Source: Pseudoalteromonas translucida KMM 520 (GTDB taxonomy: Bacteria; Pseudomonadota; Gammaproteobacteria; Enterobacterales; Alteromonadaceae). From it: a stretch of DNA of 32,000 nt. The DNA is taken from NCBI RefSeq assembly GCF_001465295.1, contig NZ_CP011034.1:2130001-2162000 (forward strand), read 5' to 3'. The stretch's first letter is position 1, and each line of letters opens with the position of its first letter. This document shows positions 26,800 through 32,000 of this stretch, piece after piece. The position numbers and the translations under genes were made by a program. The notes under the pieces were generated by a model. It was not told where the DNA came from. It ran no database searches and saw nothing but the letters and a program-made list of their open reading frames with translations.

Positions 26800-27511
26800 T
26801 TGCTATTTCCTCTGCTGAGTTTTCTACTAATCGGCCACCTTCAATTTGAATAATATGCTGGCATTTTTGTGCAAGCGCCTCGTCATGCGTTACTAAAATA
26901 AGCGTAGTACCATGCTGCGAATTTAGATCAAACAATAACGACTCAATCATTTTACCATTTTTACTGTCTAGGTTTGCCGAAGGCTCATCGGCAAACAGTA
27001 TTTTTGGCGTGCCAATAAATGCCCGCGCAATAGCAACGCGTTGCTGCTCACCACCAGAGAGTTGCGACGGATAATGATCAATGCGATGGCTCAAGCCTAC
27101 CTTTTCTAGCAAAGTAAGTGCTTGCTGTTTAGCATCGCGCTCCCCTGCAAGTTCAGCGGGTAGCATTACGTTTTCCAGCGCTGTTAAACTTTGTACTAAC
27201 ATAAACGACTGAAATACAAAGCCTACTTTTGCGGCGCGCAGCCCTGCACGCGCTTCTTCATCGAGATTATGTAGCGGCTCGCCATCTAAAAATATTTCAC
27301 CGCCACTTGCTGTATCAAGCCCAGCTAACAAACTAAGTAACGTAGATTTACCAGAACCAGAAGTGCCCACTACCGCAACAGATTCGCCATGCTTGACATT
27401 AAAGCTGATGTCGCTGAGGATGGGCAACTCCCCTTCAAAGGTAGATACCACTTTAGACAAACCATTTACTTGAATTATATTTAATTGAGAAAGCGCTGAC
27501 ATATGACTCAT
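26789..27511 (-). CDS. ybbA: ABC transporter ATP-binding protein (YbbA-like, MacB/LolD-type)
   Basis: Walker A GTSGSGKST, Q-loop, signature LSGGEQQRVAIARA, Walker B ILFADEP, H-loop LVTHD. Start is either ATG 27511 (AGGA 4 nt upstream) or ATG 27502. Confidence 0.92.
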   Translation of the reverse strand: MSHMSALSQLNIIQVNGLSKVVSTFEGELPILSDISFNVKHGESVAVVGTSGSGKSTLLSLLAGLDTASGGEIFLDGEPLHNLDEEARAGLRAAKVGFVFQSFMLVQSLTALENVMLPAELAGERDAKQQALTLLEKVGLSHRIDHYPSQLSGGEQQRVAIARAFIGTPKILFADEPSANLDSKNGKMIESLLFDLNSQHGTTLILVTHDEALAQKCQHIIQIEGGRLVENSAEEIANVG

Positions 27512-28126
27512 TCAATCCTACGTTTTGTATTCATTTTATTTTTAGTTATTAAGCCACTAAGTGCAGCAGCTAATAACACCATTTTAATACTTGGTGACAG
27601 TTTAAGCGCAGCCTACGGACTTAAACAAGAACAAGGCTGGGTACAATTGTTACAAGATAAATACGATGCTGAGCAAAGTAATATCAAACTTATTAATGCC
27701 AGTATTAGTGGCGAAACAACCGGTGGTGCACTGCGCCGTGTAGATGCCTTGCTAGCGCAATATCAACCAACTCATGTACTTATTGAGCTGGGCGCAAACG
27801 ACGGTTTACGTGGTTTTCCGGTGAGTAAGCTACAAGCTAACTTAACCGAATTAATCAAAAAAAGCCAAGCAGCCGATGCCACCAGCGCTCTAATGGAAAT
27901 TTATATTCCCCCTAATTACGGGCCACGTTACAGCAAAATGTTTACCGATAGTTTTACACAAGTAAGTAAAAATACAAACGCTTACCTTATGGACTTTTTT
28001 GTACTTAAAGTCGCTGGGCAAAACGACTTAATGCAAAACGATAACCTGCACCCTAACAAAACTGCGCAACCAATACTACGAGACGAAATGTATAACACGA
28101 TCAAACTGTGGTTAAATAAAGACTAG
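27503..28126 (+). CDS. tesA: SGNH/GDSL hydrolase: thioesterase I / lysophospholipase L1 (TesA-like), secreted
   Basis: 207 aa. Signal peptide (..PLSAA), block I ILILGDSLSAAYG, block II SGETT, block III ELGANDGLRG, block V DNLHPN. Confidence 0.9.
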   Translation: MTHSILRFVFILFLVIKPLSAAANNTILILGDSLSAAYGLKQEQGWVQLLQDKYDAEQSNIKLINASISGETTGGALRRVDALLAQYQPTHVLIELGANDGLRGFPVSKLQANLTELIKKSQAADATSALMEIYIPPNYGPRYSKMFTDSFTQVSKNTNAYLMDFFVLKVAGQNDLMQNDNLHPNKTAQPILRDEMYNTIKLWLNKD

Positions 28127-28212
28127 TGCACATGCTTTAACTACTTTTAATTGCGCAAGAAAACTATTTTCAGCCTGCTTGCGCAAAAAACACCCAAACA
28201 AACAAATGCTTA

Positions 28213-28240
28213 TTGATTTTTAAAAAAATACACGTACTAT
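28213..28240 (+). promoter_or_regulatory. Candidate promoter of tRNA-Pro
   Basis: TTGATT (28213..28218), 16 nt, TACTAT (28235..28240), 12 nt upstream of the mature tRNA 5' end. Confidence 0.4.
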
Positions 28241-28252
28241 TGCAACTTCAGT

Positions 28253-28329
28253 CGGTATGTGGCGCAGCTTGGTAGCGCACTGTCATGGGGTGGCAGGGGT
28301 CGAGAGTTCGAATCTCTCCATACCGACCA
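28253..28329 (+). tRNA. tRNA-Pro (anticodon GGG)
   Basis: CGGTATGTGGCGCAGCTTGGTAGCGCACTGTCATGGGGTGGCAGGGGTCGAGAGTTCGAATCTCTCCATACCGACCA. Anticodon stem CTGTC/GGCAG, loop ATGGGGT, acceptor CGGTATG/CATACCG, encoded CCA. Confidence 0.92.
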
Positions 28330-28428
28330 GCTTTAAAAGCCTTTTAAATAACCAAAATCAATTACTTTGCAACACGCTCAGTTACTTTATTGCTACCTTT
28401 CCTGAATTTTTAAAAAATTTACAGTAAC

Positions 28429-28929
28429 CTAGTTTGGCATGCAGTTTCCGCTATAAACCACTTTGCTATATTCACCTGAAAAATCACTCATGCTTACCGA
28501 GTTTATTATAAATGCACTTTTGCTGATCAGCCATTGACCGTCACTTTGCTTTTCAAATTCGTCGAAGTAGTAGCCACCTAATTGCACATGGAGCTTATCT
28601 TTGGTGTTGATACTTTGAAAGCGAAGGTTAATTTTAGTCTTGGCTGTATTGTCGGTGACTTCTAAAAAAACCGGATTTTGCGCGTGATGCATATCAACTA
28701 TATGGTCGTGGCAACCAAGATCTTTAAAAACAGCCACAAAATCTTCTCGTCGATTAAACTGGCCAATGTGACCAAAGTTAATATCTACTTCGCCGCTAAT
28801 AAAGCAATTAGTTACCACCTCAGGTTGTTTTTCATCGCAGGCATTTAGGTAGCGATATTTCAACTCTAATATTGATTGCTTGTCTTCTAGTTGCTGTAAA
28901 CGTTGCTCGGTAGTCTTTATATATTTCAT
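28429..28929 (-). CDS. NTF2-fold / SnoaL-like protein
   Basis: 166 aa. The N-terminal pattern LQQLEDKQSILELKYRYLNACDEK is typical of SnoaL_4/NTF2-like proteins. The family call is moderate. Confidence 0.65.
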   Translation of the reverse strand: MKYIKTTEQRLQQLEDKQSILELKYRYLNACDEKQPEVVTNCFISGEVDINFGHIGQFNRREDFVAVFKDLGCHDHIVDMHHAQNPVFLEVTDNTAKTKINLRFQSINTKDKLHVQLGGYYFDEFEKQSDGQWLISKSAFIINSVSMSDFSGEYSKVVYSGNCMPN

Positions 28930-29109
28930 GACAGCCCTTTGTTTTTTGGTTGATTTTTAAGCTAGGCTTTTATACTAAGGCTTTACATGCTAATTTCAAT
29001 ACAAATATATCTTTATTACCAATATGGCTGCTATCGAAACTAAGTTGAGCTGTTTAGCCAATTTAACCTTTAGTATTTTTTATGTGTCGTTTTTTAAATG
29101 AGGGAATTC

Positions 29110-29991
29110 ATGCAACAGGAAGAAGCAAAAGTTGCCATTGTAACCGGTGCTAGCCGCGGTGCAGGCAGAGGCATTGCCTTAGCTTTAGGTAAAAAAGGCA
29201 TGACAGTTTATGTTACTGGCCGCAGTATAAAAACAGGCTCAGTTTTAGGGTGGGATGGTTCGGTATTACCCGGAACAGTATATGAAACTGCCGAGAAAAT
29301 TAATCAAGCAGGTGGTATAGGTATTGCTGTGGTGTGCGATCACAGTGACGATGCACAAACCGCCGCATTATTTGCTCAGGTTGAAAAAGAGCAAGGCCGA
29401 TTAGATATTTTGGTTAATAACGCTGCATTTATTCATGATCAATTAGTTGAACAAAAGCCATTTTGGGAAAAAGAGATTAATGCGGGTAAAATTTTAGATG
29501 TAGGTTTGCGCTCTGCTTACGTGGCTAGTTGGCATGGCGCAAAAATAATGGCTAAGCATAACAGTGGTTTAATTATGTTTGGTTCATCATTTGGTGCTAG
29601 TTGTTATATTCATGGGCCTGCTTATGGTGCACAAAAGGCGGGCCTTGATAAGCTTGCTCATGATATGGCGGTAGACTTTAAAGGCACAGGTATGCGCGCT
29701 GTATCTATTTGGATGGGGCCACTCTTAACCGAACGTTCGGCCATTATAGGTAAACTAGATAAAGAGCAATACCAGCAGTTTATGGCAACGGCAGAGTCAC
29801 CAGAATTTATTGGTGATATTGTTTATGCTATCGCTAATGACCCTAATGGTGAGGAGCTTAACGGGCACACTGTAATTGCTGCCGAAATAGCCAAGCGTTT
29901 TAATATTACCGACAGAGAAGGTTTGCAGCCACCATCTTATCGCGAAATGTTAGGCTCCCCGAATAAGCCAAACCCTGCCGTAATTTATTAA
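29110..29991 (+). CDS. Short-chain dehydrogenase/reductase (SDR) family oxidoreductase
   Basis: Cofactor motif VTGASRGAGRGIA, NNAA motif (LVNNAAF), catalytic YxxxK (YGAQKAG). The ATG at 29110 is preceded by GAGGGA. The ORF track begins 4 codons earlier (29098). Confidence 0.85.
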   Translation: MQQEEAKVAIVTGASRGAGRGIALALGKKGMTVYVTGRSIKTGSVLGWDGSVLPGTVYETAEKINQAGGIGIAVVCDHSDDAQTAALFAQVEKEQGRLDILVNNAAFIHDQLVEQKPFWEKEINAGKILDVGLRSAYVASWHGAKIMAKHNSGLIMFGSSFGASCYIHGPAYGAQKAGLDKLAHDMAVDFKGTGMRAVSIWMGPLLTERSAIIGKLDKEQYQQFMATAESPEFIGDIVYAIANDPNGEELNGHTVIAAEIAKRFNITDREGLQPPSYREMLGSPNKPNPAVIY

Positions 29992-30066
29992 TAAGTTATA
30001 GCTGAGGCTGTTGAAGTTGATATCACCTATAAACCTTAAATAAGCTTATAGGCTAAAAAATTAAAT

Positions 30067-30110
30067 AAACGCCGCAAATAAATTTAACAGTTTAAATTAA
30101 AGCGGCGTTT
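30067..30110. terminator. Shared hairpin between the convergent SDR and 82-aa genes
   Basis: aaacgccgc (30067..30075) / gcggcgttt (30102..30110), 26-nt A/T loop, with A/T runs on both sides. Confidence 0.4.
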
Positions 30111-30122
30111 TAACCATTACAG

Positions 30123-30371
30123 TTAATGTTTACGCCCTACACCATTACGAACCATGTCTTGCCCTGTTTGGAATACGTTTTCTGTAATCATGCGTGCTAA
30201 AAGTAGCTTTTGATTATCGTCAAACACAGCAACAAAACGGCTGCCATCCTTATTATTAGTAGCCATACCAACACCGGCAACACCTTTAAGTCCAAAGCCA
30301 CCGCTTTCTACATTAAGTAAAAAACTTTCAAGGTCGGCTAGGTTATCAATTATACTTTGCTCTTCACTCAT
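30123..30371 (-). CDS. Hypothetical small protein (82 aa), family not recognised
   Basis: ATG with AAGAG about 9 nt upstream, terminator-like hairpin downstream, ordinary composition. I recognise no motif. Confidence 0.55.
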   Translation of the reverse strand: MSEEQSIIDNLADLESFLLNVESGGFGLKGVAGVGMATNNKDGSRFVAVFDDNQKLLLARMITENVFQTGQDMVRNGVGRKH

Positions 30372-30537
30372 TTGTTATAACTCTTTTAATCATGCTCCAC
30401 GTACTGCAAAGCTTAGTAATACAATATGCTCGCTATTTTATATACTCTTGGTAAAAACTTAAACCTTTTAGCCAACAACACCGCATATCAATATAAGTGC
30501 TACACTGTGGCCTGGTTATTATGCTAACTGGCAAACT

Positions 30538-30936
30538 ATGAAAGACTGTAATCAATGCGGTAAATGTTGTATTAAATACGGCGATGGCGACTTGAGTGCT
30601 ACCCAAGATGAAATTGATTTATGGGAAATATTTAACCCTGAAATCTTTGAATTTGTTAAAAATAATGAAATATGGTTCGATCCTAAATCGGGCGTTAGGC
30701 TAAGCAGATGCCCTTTTTTAGAGGTTGAGCCTAAAACAAACCCACAAGCGCAAAATAAATATACTTGCAGTATTTACTTAGACCGCCCCGAAGACTGCCG
30801 TCATTATCCGAGCCTAATAGCTGAAATGATCAGAGATGAATGCGAAATGATTGAAATAACTGATCTGTCGCAGCCAATAAAAGCACAAATAAAACTAGAT
30901 TTTATCATGCGTGATAGCCGCCCCGCTGGCTACTAA
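30538..30936 (+). CDS. YkgJ-family (UPF0153) cysteine-cluster protein
   Basis: 132 aa. N-terminal CNQCGKCC (CxxCxxCC), later C..C residues (RCPFL, CSIYLDRPEDCRHYP) typical of the family. Confidence 0.75.
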   Translation: MKDCNQCGKCCIKYGDGDLSATQDEIDLWEIFNPEIFEFVKNNEIWFDPKSGVRLSRCPFLEVEPKTNPQAQNKYTCSIYLDRPEDCRHYPSLIAEMIRDECEMIEITDLSQPIKAQIKLDFIMRDSRPAGY

Positions 30937-30941
30937 GTATT

Positions 30942-30984
30942 AAAACGGCCAATATAGTTTTATAAACAATATTTTGGCCGTTTT
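30942..30984. terminator. Bidirectional terminator between the convergent ykgJ-like and cyanophycinase-like genes
   Basis: aaaacggcc (30942..30950) / ggccgtttt (30976..30984). Confidence 0.5.
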
Positions 30985-31014
30985 AATTAAACACGCTCTA
31001 GTAAACTTTCAGAA

Positions 31015-32000
31015 CTAAAATGTACTCACTGCAAGCTCTAAATGACTGATAGCACAGCCATATTGCCCTTTATTAATACGATGATACGCGGTTTTAGCTT
31101 GTACACTTAAGCTCAATATAAACTGATCTTGTTGGGCAACAGTACTTTGTTCTTGGCTTAAACACATAGCTTGAATAAGTGAGCGTAATTTTGCATTCGT
31201 TAATATAGAGCCAAATCGTTGTAGCGGTAATGCTGGTATTTTAATATTTGCTAAAGCTTTATTAATGCTGCGCTGGCTTAGGGTAAAATCTTCATTTTTA
31301 ATATCAATAACGCTGCCTGCAGGCCAGTATGAATAGTTATATTGCTGATTGCCTTTCGCTTTTAAATACACTACACCGCTTTTGCCTATTACGGTCATTA
31401 AATTACCTGCGGATGACTTTATAACGACTAACGCCGTGGCTTCATCAATACCAAAACCAAACTTTTGCTGCGTTTTATCAAGTACTGTTGCCAACCTTAA
31501 TGTGCGGTTTTGTTCACTAAAGTGAGTATCGAGCACACCATAATTAAATGTTGCAAGGCCACCAGCAAGATTAAACATAGAACTATCGTTAATATCTGCC
31601 TGCAAAGCCAAAAGGCTCGACCCTTTAGTAATTGTAGCTATGTTACCACTTGTATTTTTGCCACCACTTTGAATAGCCGCCCCCGCGCCGCTACCTATAA
31701 CAACAGGGCGTGTTTGCAATGCTTTAGTCCACGGGTAAGCTTGGTTGTTTTCATCAAACAGTACGCTGCGCGTTAAGCTTTGCTCGCCATTATTAAAAAC
31801 TACTCCTGTACTGTTGTTTATTAGCTTTACCAAGCTATTAACGCCATTACTACAAAGGGCATTTTCTGCTTGAATGCGATCGGGATAAATAGCCTCACGG
31901 TTATACAATCCCATTTCTGACTGCCTATATTGTGGTAATTTTTCACAGGTGTTTGTAGTAATCGCTTTAACTAATGCAGGGGTCAATGCTAACCATTGGC
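31015..32000 (-). CDS. Cyanophycinase-like / peptidase S51-like protein, C-terminal ~328 codons (5' end outside window)
   Basis: VVIGSGAGAAIQSGG and GVLDTHFSEQNRTLRL resemble the cyanophycinase motifs GGTSAGA and DQHF..R.R.GRL. The M at 31986 in the ORF track is a TTG. The frame stays open (..QWLA) to position 32000, so the gene is truncated by the window edge. Confidence 0.6.
   Translation of the reverse strand, partial: QWLALTPALVKAITTNTCEKLPQYRQSEMGLYNREAIYPDRIQAENALCSNGVNSLVKLINNSTGVVFNNGEQSLTRSVLFDENNQAYPWTKALQTRPVVIGSGAGAAIQSGGKNTSGNIATITKGSSLLALQADINDSSMFNLAGGLATFNYGVLDTHFSEQNRTLRLATVLDKTQQKFGFGIDEATALVVIKSSAGNLMTVIGKSGVVYLKAKGNQQYNYSYWPAGSVIDIKNEDFTLSQRSINKALANIKIPALPLQRFGSILTNAKLRSLIQAMCLSQEQSTVAQQDQFILSLSVQAKTAYHRINKGQYGCAISHLELAVSTF

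Noticed and set aside
28157-28195. Hairpin ttgcgcaag..cttgcgcaa after tesA as a terminator
   Set aside because: The T-run precedes and the A-run follows the stem in both reading directions, so it lacks canonical rho-independent terminator polarity.
28253-32000. Genomic island integrated at tRNA-Pro (or at tRNA-Ser, 13293..13382)
   Set aside because: There is no integrase, no direct repeat of the tRNA 3' end that I could find downstream, and no obvious compositional break. The downstream genes are ordinary small metabolic or unknown-function genes.

Overview
AT-rich gammaproteobacterial chromosome segment. Gene content and synteny suggest Pseudoalteromonas/Alteromonadales, but that is inference only. 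All family calls come from motif recognition; I could run no searches. The window is almost entirely conserved core. Left to right: recC (5' part, runs off the edge), a Pho-type cluster (TonB-dependent receptor plus two secreted phosphatases), an OYE flavin oxidoreductase, a DUF2750-like gene, a TsdA-like dihaem cytochrome c lipoprotein, a decayed HExxH peptidase pseudogene, a CHASE-PAS hybrid histidine kinase, tRNA-Ser(GGA), nadA, nine tandem tRNA-Lys(UUU), cpoB-pal-tolB-tolA-tolR-tolQ, a ~1 kb ORF-free AT-rich gap, ruvB-ruvA-ruvC, ybbP-ybbA divergent from tesA, tRNA-Pro(GGG), then SnoaL-like, SDR, an 82-aa orphan, ykgJ-like and a partial cyanophycinase-like gene. The tol-pal/cpoB - tRNA-Lys - nadA order mirrors E. 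coli. I found no CRISPR array, integrase, transposase, toxin-antitoxin pair or recognisable defence operon, so I cannot honestly name a novel multi-gene system. The items worth a second look are mostly non-coding: (1) a ~320 bp G+C-richer nested inverted-repeat element between the OYE stop codon and its terminator; (2) an orphan promoter and strong terminator defining a ~180 nt candidate sRNA in the tolQ-ruvB gap, where ybgC is missing; (3) the tRNA-Lys array, with 4.5 perfectly identical 160 bp units and a 17 nt box conserved in every spacer; (4) a Pho-box-like promoter and an SD-sequestering hairpin upstream of the TonB-dependent receptor; (5) a LexA box upstream of a fused ruvCAB operon.
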